A stretch of 36,444 nucleotides of DNA from a bacterium (GTDB taxonomy: Bacteria > Sysuimicrobiota > Sysuimicrobiia > Sysuimicrobiales > Humicultoraceae). Positions 27,279 through 35,648 of this stretch are shown in pieces. The stretch is taken from NCBI GenBank assembly GCA_041497675.1, contig JBGQGY010000023.1, positions 1 to 36,444 on the forward strand, read 5' to 3'. The notes under the pieces were generated by a model. It searched no databases, was not told the origin of the DNA, and worked only from the letters and a program-made list of their open reading frames with translations. The position numbers and the translations under genes were made by a program. Every line of letters begins with the position of its first letter. The stretch's first letter is position 1.

Positions 27279-29252
27279 CTACGGCTCGACCACGAGCCAC
27301 CCGTGCATCTCGAGGTGGAGCGCCGAGCAGAACTCGGTGCAGTAGTGGCTGAACGCCCCAGCCTTGTTCGCGACGAATCGCACCGTCACCGTCTCACCGG
27401 GGTCGATGCTGAGCTGGATATTGTACTGCGGGATCGCGAACCCGTGGGTCGCGTCCTTTTGCTTCTCGGTGTTGGTGATGTGCAGCACGACGGTGTCACC
27501 CTTCTTCACGCGGATGATGTCGGGCCGGAACGAGCTGCGCATCGCGGTCATCCAGACCGTCATGGTGTTGCCTTTGCGCTCCGCGCGCTCCTTGCCGCGC
27601 TCGACGAAGTAGGGGCTCTTCTCCATCGTCCGGATGTCGGTGCCCATCGGATAGACGTCCCACGCCTTGATCTTGTCCATCCGAATGATCTGAGCGTAGT
27701 GGGGCTCGGCGTTCGCCACCGGCATGTCGTAGATGACCTTCATCTTGGGCGCGTTAAGGTCAATCAGTTGCAGGTTCTGCGGGTGCAGCGGGCCGACGGT
27801 TGGGAAGCGGTCGACCGACCACTTATTCAGCGCGACGAGATACTTGCCCGCGGGGCGAACGGTGTCACCTTCGGCCGTCGCGAGATGGCCGATGTTGTAG
27901 TGGACCGGCACCTTGTCGACGAGTTTCCATGCCTGGTCGCCCTTGAAGTACGGCTCGCCGAGCGACCACTTGGCGACTGCGCTCTCGACGAACAGGCTGG
28001 TGTAGGCGTACCCCTGGTTGTCGAACTGCGTGTGCAGCGGGCCGTTGCCCACCGCGACCCGGCCGGCGACCACCGCGTCAAACTTCAGGATCGGGACGCC
28101 AAACGGGTCCGTACCCTCGAAGTTCTTATCCGCGATCGCCTTCTTGATCTTGTCGATGCTGTAGACGGTCGTGTGCGGGTCGAGCTTGCCCGAGACCACG
28201 ATGTACTGGCCGTTGGGCGCGACGTCCACGCCGTGCGGGCTGCGCGGCTCGGGCGCGAAGTACAGGATGCCCTCGGCAACCGCGGTCTTCAGCGAGATGA
28301 CCCTGACGCCGTTCTTCATCTCGAACTTACCCGCCTTCACGACCTCTTCGGCCTTCTTCCAGTTGATGATGTGGAGGAAGTCAAAGTCCTTGGCCGAGGC
28401 CCCCGCTTCGATCGCCGGTTTGCCCTCCATGTTGCCGCCGGTTGCCATCTCGGTGTTGAACGAGTTGATGAAGCCCCACCCGTCGCTGACCAACTTGCCG
28501 GCGTCGGCCAGATCCTGGCTGTACGGCGGGAGCTCGATCTCGAAGGAGCGCGCGAGATCGATCCGGCCGGTGGTCTTGTCGACCGCCAGCCATGCCGACG
28601 CGCCGCGGTACCGCTCCTTGTATTGCTCCAACGGGGCAAACCCGCCGTCCCATACCATCGGGATCTTGCTCGACACGTGCACATAGTCGGTGTTGGGCGT
28701 CGCGAAGACCCCGCCGTGCGACGTCTGGATGTTGGGGATCTGCAGGATCTGCTTCACCCTGAAGTCGCGGAGGTCGATCATCGCGATCCGGCCGTTGGCG
28801 CGGTCGTTGATGTACAGCCACCGGCCGTCGTACTCGCCGCCGGTCTCCGACAACGCCGGGTGGTGGGTGTCACCCCAGGTCAGCGCGGGGCCGCCGTTGC
28901 TGCCCTCGTCCAGGATCTGCTTGCCCCAGTCGGCGCCGTAGCCGTACCCCTGCCACGGCTCCGGCGAGAAGACCGCGATGACTTTGAGCATGCGCATCGA
29001 CGGCAGGCCGATCGCCAGCATCTGCCCGGAATGTCCGCCGGAGGCGAACATCATATACTCGTCGCGCTTCCCCGGCGGGACGAAGCTCTGCACGGCCGCC
29101 GTGACCTCAGCCGGCGTCAGATTGCGGGTCTGTGCGACGACGCTGGCGTCGGCAAAGGCCACCATCTTGGAAGACGACCGGGCGCCGAAGAGGTAGGCAC
29201 CGGCGACCAGCACCACCACGAGCACTAAAGCCACGATGTTGAATGATTTCAT
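27279..29252 (-). CDS. nosZ: Clade II (Sec-dependent) nitrous-oxide reductase
   Basis: Hydrophobic leader without RR; FASGGHSGQ, GLPSMR, WGDTHHP, SHG, SPHG, GPLHT, EPH (CuZ His ligands); CuA HGF...CTEFCSALHLEM. No C-terminal cytochrome c domain. AGGAG 8 nt before ATG 29252. Confidence 0.97.
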   Translation of the reverse strand: MKSFNIVALVLVVVLVAGAYLFGARSSSKMVAFADASVVAQTRNLTPAEVTAAVQSFVPPGKRDEYMMFASGGHSGQMLAIGLPSMRMLKVIAVFSPEPWQGYGYGADWGKQILDEGSNGGPALTWGDTHHPALSETGGEYDGRWLYINDRANGRIAMIDLRDFRVKQILQIPNIQTSHGGVFATPNTDYVHVSSKIPMVWDGGFAPLEQYKERYRGASAWLAVDKTTGRIDLARSFEIELPPYSQDLADAGKLVSDGWGFINSFNTEMATGGNMEGKPAIEAGASAKDFDFLHIINWKKAEEVVKAGKFEMKNGVRVISLKTAVAEGILYFAPEPRSPHGVDVAPNGQYIVVSGKLDPHTTVYSIDKIKKAIADKNFEGTDPFGVPILKFDAVVAGRVAVGNGPLHTQFDNQGYAYTSLFVESAVAKWSLGEPYFKGDQAWKLVDKVPVHYNIGHLATAEGDTVRPAGKYLVALNKWSVDRFPTVGPLHPQNLQLIDLNAPKMKVIYDMPVANAEPHYAQIIRMDKIKAWDVYPMGTDIRTMEKSPYFVERGKERAERKGNTMTVWMTAMRSSFRPDIIRVKKGDTVVLHITNTEKQKDATHGFAIPQYNIQLSIDPGETVTVRFVANKAGAFSHYCTEFCSALHLEMHGWLVVEP

Positions 29253-29266
29253 GTCCATCCCTCCTG

Positions 29267-29659
29267 TCATGGGTGTCGTGCCAGATCTGCGATCGTGACG
29301 TCGTCGAGCAAACCTTCGAATGCGTGCTGAATCCGGCCGAGCGTCAGACGTACCGGGCAGGGTTGCTTGCACGGGCAGTCGTTCCAGGCGAGGCACCGCG
29401 CCACAACGATGGGACCCTCGATGGCCTCAATGACCTGCCGAACGGTCATCCGTTCAGGCGCCCGGGCGAGCCGCACGCCGCCCCCCGCGCCCCGGCTGGT
29501 GCGGACGATGCCACCCCGGGCCAGCTGCTGCACGACCTTGCCCGCCTGAGCGGGAGGGATGCCGCGCCGGGCGGCAATAGCTGCTGTCTGGCCCGGTCCG
29601 TTGACGGCCAGGTCGAGCAGGGTGCGCAGCGCAAACTGGGTGGCTCGAGTCAATTCCAT
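29267..29659 (-). CDS. Rrf2-family Fe-S transcriptional regulator (NsrR/IscR-like)
   Basis: M-x-LT-x-x-x-x-FALR, wHTH with RGAGGG-x-x-LAR-x-P, IEAIEG, Cys cluster CLAWNDCPCKQPC, TIADL. Confidence 0.92.
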   Translation of the reverse strand: MELTRATQFALRTLLDLAVNGPGQTAAIAARRGIPPAQAGKVVQQLARGGIVRTSRGAGGGVRLARAPERMTVRQVIEAIEGPIVVARCLAWNDCPCKQPCPVRLTLGRIQHAFEGLLDDVTIADLARHP

Positions 29660-29662
29660 CTG

Positions 29663-29682
29663 AATCCGGAAGAATCAGGCTT
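29663..29682. promoter_or_regulatory. Candidate Rrf2 autoregulatory operator (imperfect 8-4-8 inverted repeat)
   Basis: AATCCGGA-AGAA-TCAGGCTT (6 of 8 positions symmetric), 3 nt upstream of the Rrf2 start codon. Confidence 0.35.
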
Positions 29683-29800
29683 GTTTGTCGCCTTTCACCC
29701 TACGGTGAGGGCGAAGCGGTCACAATCGGGTGGAGGCCCGATTTGGGGTCGGGCGCGGCACCCATGGGCCTCGCCATCCATCGCCTCGACCGGCCGGCAA

Positions 29801-29809
29801 TGCTAGAAT
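29801..29809 (+). promoter_or_regulatory. Extended -10 promoter element candidate for the IMPDH/GMPR gene
   Basis: TGCTAGAAT fits TGnTAnnnT; it lies 10 nt before the TTG at 29820. Confidence 0.45.
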
Positions 29810-29819
29810 CGAGGGTGAG

Positions 29820-31256
29820 TTGTTTGAGCCCCGCGTTGGATTGACGTTCGACGACGTCCTGCTGGTGCCGCGCCGCTCTGGTGTGCAGAGCCGCTCGCAG
29901 GTTGATACTCGGGCGCCCTTGTGCCGGCGTATCGAGATGACGATCCCGATTATCAGCGCTAACATGGACGCGGTCACCGAAAGCGAGATGGCGATCGAGA
30001 TGGCGCGCGCCGGCGGCATCGGCGTGATCCACCGATTCCTGCCGATCGAGAATCAGGTCGCGCAGGTGCGGCGCGTCAAGCGAGCCGAGAGCATCGTCAT
30101 CGAAGAACCGTACACGATGGCACCAGAGCGCCCGATCCGCGAGGCCGTGGAATTCATGGACGAACACGGGTCGGCCGGTCTGCTCGTGCTCGACCGAAAC
30201 GGCCACCTGCTGGGGTTGATTACCGCCCGCGACCTGCTGTTCGTCGATGATCAAGACAAGCCTGTGGCGACGGTCATGACTCCGCGGGAACGCGTGGTCA
30301 CCGCGCCCCCCGGCATCAGCATGGAAGAGGCGCGCGCGCTGCTGCACAAGCACCGCATCGAGAAGCTCCCGCTGGTGGACGGCGACGGCACCCTGCACGG
30401 TTTGATTACGAGCCGTGACATCCGTAGTCGGTTGAAGCACCCCCACGCGACCAAAGACGCACGAGGGCGGCTGCGCGTCGGCGCGGCGGTCGGCATCCGA
30501 GGGGACTACCTTGAGCGGGCGGAAGCGCTGGTGGGCGAAGACGTCGATGCGCTCGTGATGGACGTGGCCCACGGTCACACCGAGGCCGCGCTGTCGGCGC
30601 TCCAGACACTGCGCGCGCGGTTCCCCAACGTCGGCCTGATCGCCGGCAATGTGGCCACCGCGGAAGGCACGCGCGATCTGGTCGAGCGGGGTGCCGACGC
30701 AGTGAAGGTCGGCGTGGGACCGGGGTCGACCTGCACGACGCGCATCGTGACCGGGGCCGGCGTGCCGCAGATCACGGCGATCCTCGACTGCGCGCGAGAA
30801 GCCGCCGACGCCGGTGTGCCCATCATCGCGGACGGCGGCATTCGCTCCTCCGGCGATCTCACGAAGGCGCTCGCGGCAGGCGCGAGTACGGTGATGCTCG
30901 GCAACCTGCTGGCCGGCACGGAGGAGAGCCCCGGCGCCCTGATCATCCGCAACGGCCGGCAGTACAAGACCTATCGGGGAATGGCCAGCCTGTGGGCGAC
31001 GGCCCGCCGTCGGGCGCTCGATGGTGACGTTGAGGAAGAAGACCTGACGCAAATTGTCGAGGAGGGCGTCGAAGCGACTGTGCCGTATCGCGGCAAAGTG
31101 TCAGATGTGATCGATCAACTCGTTGGAGGTCTTCGGTCCGGGATGTCGTACTGCGGCGCGCAAACGATCGCAGAGATACGAGAGCGCGCCGAGTTCATGC
31201 GCATTACGCCGGCCGGGCTCAAAGAGAGCCTCCCGCACGACGTGGAGCCGATCTAG
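29820..31256 (+). CDS. IMP dehydrogenase / GMP reductase family enzyme with CBS pair (possibly a GMP reductase)
   Basis: [30 protein letters not shown] pair, [47 protein letters not shown]. Start inferred (TTG 29820). Confidence 0.9.
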   Translation: MFEPRVGLTFDDVLLVPRRSGVQSRSQVDTRAPLCRRIEMTIPIISANMDAVTESEMAIEMARAGGIGVIHRFLPIENQVAQVRRVKRAESIVIEEPYTMAPERPIREAVEFMDEHGSAGLLVLDRNGHLLGLITARDLLFVDDQDKPVATVMTPRERVVTAPPGISMEEARALLHKHRIEKLPLVDGDGTLHGLITSRDIRSRLKHPHATKDARGRLRVGAAVGIRGDYLERAEALVGEDVDALVMDVAHGHTEAALSALQTLRARFPNVGLIAGNVATAEGTRDLVERGADAVKVGVGPGSTCTTRIVTGAGVPQITAILDCAREAADAGVPIIADGGIRSSGDLTKALAAGASTVMLGNLLAGTEESPGALIIRNGRQYKTYRGMASLWATARRRALDGDVEEEDLTQIVEEGVEATVPYRGKVSDVIDQLVGGLRSGMSYCGAQTIAEIRERAEFMRITPAGLKESLPHDVEPI

Positions 31257-31264
31257 CAACCCGG

Positions 31265-32341
31265 CTACGCGACGAGCGGACCCGTGGACGGTTGATACGC
31301 GCACAAAGGATCGGCGCCGAGATAGTCGCCGCTGTGCGCATACGCCCGGGCCCGCGACCCACCGCAGATCGCTTTGAACGAACAGCGCGCGCACTTCCCA
31401 CGCAGCTGGGCGGTGTCTCTGAGCGCCGAGAATAGCGGCGCGGTTCGGTAGAGGTCGACCAGCGACGTGTCGCGGACGTTGCCCGCGACCACCGGGAGGA
31501 AACCCGACGGCTGAACCGCGCCCCGATGAGACACGAAGGCGATACCGTTGCCGTCGCGGATCCCGAAGGATCGAGCGAAGGGGCCGGCCTGGTTGGCTCG
31601 TTCGAGCGCCACGCGCCTGAAGAACGGCGCCTCGGTTGCGGCCACAGTGAATGACGCTTCGCGCGATTTGGTGAACAACCAGTGGCAGGCCTGCTCCGCC
31701 TGCTCGGGCAGGATATTCTGCAGCACACTGCCGCGTCCGACGCCTATCAGGAAGAACAGGCTCCAGCGCTGGATCGGTAGTGTCTGCAGGAGCGCGTAGA
31801 TCCCGGGGAGGTCGGGCAGGGTCTGCGCGCTCACCAGCGTGTTGATCTGCAGGGACAACCCCAGGTTGGTCGCCGCGCGTGCCGCCGTCAGGGTGCGCGC
31901 GAAGCACCCCACGACGCCGCGCAGCCGATCGTGCCCTCTTGCCGTGGAGCCGTCGAGGCTGAGGCTGAGCCCGGAGAGGCCCGCGCGCTGAAGCTTCGCG
32001 AGCGCCGCCGAGGTCAAAAGCGGGGTCGCGCTGGGCGCCAACGAAGTGGGGATCCCAAGACGCACGGCCTCCTTGACGATGTCCTCCAGGTCGCGCCGCT
32101 TGAGGGGATCGCCGCCGGTGATCACCAGGTGGGGGAGCGGTGATCCGAAGTCCGTAATCTGCGACAACAGGCCTATCGCCTCCAGGAAGTCTAGTTCACC
32201 GGGGTCCCGACACGGCAGCGCATCCGCCCGGCAGTGCTTGCACGCGAGATCGCACGCCCGGGTAATCTCCCAGTAGAGCATCACCGGCGCACGGTCGAAC
32301 ACATGAGCGCTCCGCGCCTCCACCGTCGTCGTCTGGCTCAT
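31265..32341 (-). CDS. Radical SAM/SPASM protein, TIGR04053-like (NirJ/Ahb-related)
   Basis: WEITRACDLACKHCRA (CxxxCxxC), ITGGDPL, SLSLDGS, QINT, PSGFLP-x-x-x-GNVR, GKCARC...CGGSRARAYA...DPLC. Confidence 0.85.
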   Translation of the reverse strand: MSQTTTVEARSAHVFDRAPVMLYWEITRACDLACKHCRADALPCRDPGELDFLEAIGLLSQITDFGSPLPHLVITGGDPLKRRDLEDIVKEAVRLGIPTSLAPSATPLLTSAALAKLQRAGLSGLSLSLDGSTARGHDRLRGVVGCFARTLTAARAATNLGLSLQINTLVSAQTLPDLPGIYALLQTLPIQRWSLFFLIGVGRGSVLQNILPEQAEQACHWLFTKSREASFTVAATEAPFFRRVALERANQAGPFARSFGIRDGNGIAFVSHRGAVQPSGFLPVVAGNVRDTSLVDLYRTAPLFSALRDTAQLRGKCARCSFKAICGGSRARAYAHSGDYLGADPLCAYQPSTGPLVA

Positions 32342-32484
32342 CGTTAGCCCCCTCCGGCCGGGCATGCCATCTTGCTCCCAACCCTAACCGAAGCCGGACT
32401 TGCTGATGATCGGGTGAGGACAGTATTTCCGCCGCCGCCGCCGGCCTCTACACTTGCACTCGAATTCGAAGGGGGAACCCTGCC

Positions 32485-33906
32485 GTGCCCAGGCTCGACA
32501 AGCGCGAGCGTCTCAAGCAGCCGCACGTTGCGATCCCGAAACGTCCCGCGCACGACCGGGTTGCCGACTTCTGCGAGGTGACGCTCACCTACAGCCCCGA
32601 ACAGGCGATCGCCGAGGCGTCGCGCTGCGTCGAGTGCACCAAAGCGCCGTGTGTTGTGGCCTGTCCGTTGCACAACCCAATCCGTGATTGGCTGATACAC
32701 ACGATGGAGGGCCGTTTCCTCGATGCGGCGCATGTGTCGCAGACGACCAGCAACATGCCCGAGATCTGTGGCCGCATTTGCCCGCAGGACCGGCTGTGTG
32801 AGGATGCGTGTATCGTCGGGGTCAAGCACCCGCCGGTCGCGATCGGCGCGATCGAGAAGTTCATCAACGAATATGCCTTCGCGCACGAGGGTCTGCCGCT
32901 GCCTGCGATCGCACCGCCGAGCGGGCATCGGGTCGCGGTCGTCGGATCGGGCCCGGCGGGTCTAGCGTGCGCCGAAGAACTGACGAAGCGTGGGCACCGT
33001 GTAACCGTCTACGATGCGTACCCGCGACCGGGTGGGCTGCTGCGCTATGGCATTCCGGGCTTCAAATTGGACAGAGCCGTGGTCGATCGCCGTGTGCAGT
33101 ATCTTACACGGTTAGGGGTCGAGTTTGTCGGCAACACGCGGATCGGGCGGGACGTGAGCCTCGACGGGCTGCTCGACAACGGGGTCCACGCGGTGTTCTT
33201 GGGTACCGGCGCGACGGCGCCAAAACGCCCAGGCCTCCCGGGCATCGATCTGCAGGGCGTCGAAGACGCGCTCCCATTCCTCATCCGCAACAATCCCGAC
33301 GGATCAGCGGCCCGGCAGGACGATCTGCGTGGTCGCCGCGTGGTGGTGCTCGGTGGCGGCGACACGGCGATGGATTGCGTGCGGACCGCGAAGCGGTTGG
33401 GCGCCACGACCGTCACGTGCGTCTACCGTCGCGATGAGGCCAACATGCCCGGCAGCCGCCGTGAAGTGCAGTCGGCCAAGGAAGAAGGGGTGGACTTTCA
33501 GTGGCTTACTGCGCCGATCCGGTTCGTCGACAACGGGGTCGGCACCGTGCGGGCGATCGAGTGCGTTCGCATGACGCTGGGTGAGCCGGATGCGCAGGGA
33601 CGCCGCCGGCCCGTCACGGTCGAGGGCAGCAATGTTGAGATTGAGGTCGATCTCGCGATCCTGGCGTTTGGGTTTGACGGCAGCCCGGTGCCCGGCGCGA
33701 GCGGCCCCGAGGTGACGGGTTCACAGACGTACGTGATTGATCAGAGCGCCATGACAACCCGACGCGGTGTGTTTGCGGGCGGCGACGCCGTGCGGGGACC
33801 GGACCTGATCGTAACCGCGATCCGCGACGGCCGCCGCGCCGCCGAGGCGATCCACTCGTATCTCAACACGTTGGATTACCGTGATGGGTCCAGCACGACC
33901 AGATAG
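32485..33906 (+). CDS. GltD/NfnB/SudA-like NAD(P)H-dependent Fe-S flavoprotein
   Basis: EASRCVECTKAPCVVACP, CGRICPQDRLCEDAC, GSGPAG (FAD), YGIPGFKL, GGGDTAMD...YRR (NADPH), FAGGD. Confidence 0.9.
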   Translation: MPRLDKRERLKQPHVAIPKRPAHDRVADFCEVTLTYSPEQAIAEASRCVECTKAPCVVACPLHNPIRDWLIHTMEGRFLDAAHVSQTTSNMPEICGRICPQDRLCEDACIVGVKHPPVAIGAIEKFINEYAFAHEGLPLPAIAPPSGHRVAVVGSGPAGLACAEELTKRGHRVTVYDAYPRPGGLLRYGIPGFKLDRAVVDRRVQYLTRLGVEFVGNTRIGRDVSLDGLLDNGVHAVFLGTGATAPKRPGLPGIDLQGVEDALPFLIRNNPDGSAARQDDLRGRRVVVLGGGDTAMDCVRTAKRLGATTVTCVYRRDEANMPGSRREVQSAKEEGVDFQWLTAPIRFVDNGVGTVRAIECVRMTLGEPDAQGRRRPVTVEGSNVEIEVDLAILAFGFDGSPVPGASGPEVTGSQTYVIDQSAMTTRRGVFAGGDAVRGPDLIVTAIRDGRRAAEAIHSYLNTLDYRDGSSTTR

Positions 33907-34346
33907 CCCACCTGCGTCTCGTGGTCTGGAGAGCAGTCGCCCGTCGTAGGGTTGTACGGGACGTTGCAGTGAAATTTGAACACACCCGCCTTGTTGGCAA
34001 CAAAGGTGAGGGTCTCCTGGCCTTTGGGCCCACCGGGCAGGCGGCCCGTCCCGATGCCGTAGCCCTGGATCTCGAAGCCGTGGGTGGCGAAAGTCAGGTT
34101 CATCACCCGCAGCCGTACGGTGTCGCCGCGGCGCACGACGATCATCGAGGGGTTGAAGAAGTGGTGTCTCGACTCGCCGACGGCGCCGATGCCAGTGATG
34201 ATCACCGACAGCTCAACGGTGGTGGGTGCCGCCTCGGGCGGTACCTGAGCCGGTTGCGGCACTGAGGAGATCGACAGGGCGCTGACCACCAACGCAAATG
34301 CTCCCAACACGACAGCGGCCAGCGCCGAGGACGTTTGAGCGGTCAT
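33876..34346 (-). CDS. Membrane-anchored cupredoxin-domain protein (Gln variant)
   Basis: N-terminal TM, FNPS-x-I-x-V-x-x-GD-x-V, HGFEI, F-x-A-x-KAG-x-F-x-FHC-x10-C-x3-H-x2-Q-x-GYL-x-V. Confidence 0.82.
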   Translation of the reverse strand: MTAQTSSALAAVVLGAFALVVSALSISSVPQPAQVPPEAAPTTVELSVIITGIGAVGESRHHFFNPSMIVVRRGDTVRLRVMNLTFATHGFEIQGYGIGTGRLPGGPKGQETLTFVANKAGVFKFHCNVPYNPTTGDCSPDHETQVGYLVVLDPSR

Positions 34347-34359
34347 CGGAGGTCCGGCC

Positions 34360-34824
34360 TCACCGCGAGGTCACGATCAGGTAGCCACGCATCTGATCGT
34401 GATCGGGCGTGCAGTGCTTCTTGGTAGGATCGTACGGCAACGAGCAGTGGTACTCGAAGACCCCGTTTCGGTCGGCCACGAAGGTCAATCGGTCGCTTTC
34501 CCCAGGGTTCAGGATTTTCGTCTTCTGATTGTACCCGGTCAATTCGAGTTGATGCGCGAACTCATCGGGGTTCGCGACCACCAGATCCACCGTGTCGCCC
34601 TCGCGGACGACCATCATGGTGGGATACCAGCGGTGCGCGAACACCCCCTGACCCGAGAACGTGGCCACGACCATTGAGAGCGATATCTTGGCCGGTGTAC
34701 TAGGCGGCGCGGCGACGCCGGGGCCCCCCCGCGGCCTGGTCGTGTAGACGACGAGGCTCACGAGCAGGGCCAGCCCCGAAAGGATGAGCGCGAAGTATGC
34801 GAGACCACTGCTCTTGGCGTTCAT
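34360..34824 (-). CDS. Membrane-anchored cupredoxin-domain protein (Met variant)
   Basis: N-terminal TM, WYP-x-x-x-VV-x-x-GD-x-V, HQLEL, YHC-x10-C-x3-H-x2-M-x-GYL-x-V. SD GGGAGG precedes ATG 34824. Confidence 0.82.
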   Translation of the reverse strand: MNAKSSGLAYFALILSGLALLVSLVVYTTRPRGGPGVAAPPSTPAKISLSMVVATFSGQGVFAHRWYPTMMVVREGDTVDLVVANPDEFAHQLELTGYNQKTKILNPGESDRLTFVADRNGVFEYHCSLPYDPTKKHCTPDHDQMRGYLIVTSR

Positions 34825-34941
34825 GAACTGCTGTCCTCCCGGATACGACGGTGCCGCCGCGGAACCCCAAATGGTGAACGAAACAAAATGTGCTTCGTGA
34901 TACCCTCGTGGCTCTCCTGGCAACGACCGTCGATTCGAGAC

Positions 34942-34960
34942 CCGATTTGTATACATTCGG
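34942..34960. promoter_or_regulatory. Palindromic operator candidate in the divergent cupredoxin / DUF1573 intergenic region
   Basis: CCGATT-TGTATACA-TTCGG: perfect 8-bp AT-rich core with CCGA/TCGG flanks, in a GC-rich context. Confidence 0.4.
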
Positions 34961-35038
34961 CGCCCGATGGCGGCGGCTGCGTCGCCGGATTATCGTGTTG
35001 TGTAAGCGACCATGCAACTGGGTCAGCGAGGTGCAGGC

Positions 35039-35626
35039 ATGAGCCACAAGAGGAAACCGACCCGCACCGCACCGCGCAGGCGGACAAACTCTTCCGGCAG
35101 GACGCTGGTGCTGGTCGTGGCGGCGGGCGTCATCCTGGCAGGCGGTGTGCTCCTTGCCGGACGCCTGAGCGGACCCTCCGGAGCGTCCATGGCGACATCG
35201 CCGGGCAACCCCGCACCGGCCGTCGGGTCGGCGCAGGCGTCAGCGATTGCCGTAACCCCTGCGGTGTATGACCTGGGCCGGGTCAGCCAGGCGAAGGGCA
35301 TCGTCACGATTGAACTGACCGTTGCGAACACGGGCGCGGCCGACCTGGTCATTCGAGAAATGGAGACATCCTGCGGATGCACGAGGGCGGCGCTCGTTGT
35401 TGACGGTCGCGCCGGCCCCTGGTTTGGAATGCGCGGCCACGGCGAGTGGCCCACGGGATGGTCGGCGAACCTGCGTCCAGGTCAGCGGGCGACGCTGCGT
35501 GTCCAGTATGACCCCGACGCCCACGGCATCTACCGGGGGGCCATTGACCGCACCGTCGTGATCTACTCGAATGATCCGCGTCGATCAGAGACCCAGGTGC
35601 GCCTGACCGGTACGCAGGTGCCGTAG
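35039..35626 (+). CDS. DUF1573-like Ig-fold protein, membrane-anchored
   Basis: N-terminal TM, YDLG-x-V, N-x-G-x-x-DL-x-I, TSCGCT, L-x-PG, YDP-x-x-HG, SNDP. Confidence 0.8.
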   Translation: MSHKRKPTRTAPRRRTNSSGRTLVLVVAAGVILAGGVLLAGRLSGPSGASMATSPGNPAPAVGSAQASAIAVTPAVYDLGRVSQAKGIVTIELTVANTGAADLVIREMETSCGCTRAALVVDGRAGPWFGMRGHGEWPTGWSANLRPGQRATLRVQYDPDAHGIYRGAIDRTVVIYSNDPRRSETQVRLTGTQVP

Positions 35627-35648
35627 GCCGCCCATCTCTTCCTCCACG

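Noticed and set aside
27303..29228. 641-aa plus-strand ORF antisense to nosZ
   Set aside because: Shadow frame expected from strong GC3 codon bias; it has no motifs and simply mirrors the real gene.
29700..31052. 450-aa minus-strand ORF
   Set aside because: Antisense shadow of the IMPDH/GMPR-family gene.
32391..32398. AAGCCGGA half-site resembling the Rrf2 operator candidate
   Set aside because: No second half-site; easily a chance match in GC-rich DNA.
34898..34916. CsoR-like operator starting at ATACCC
   Set aside because: There is no matching GGGTAT half-site.
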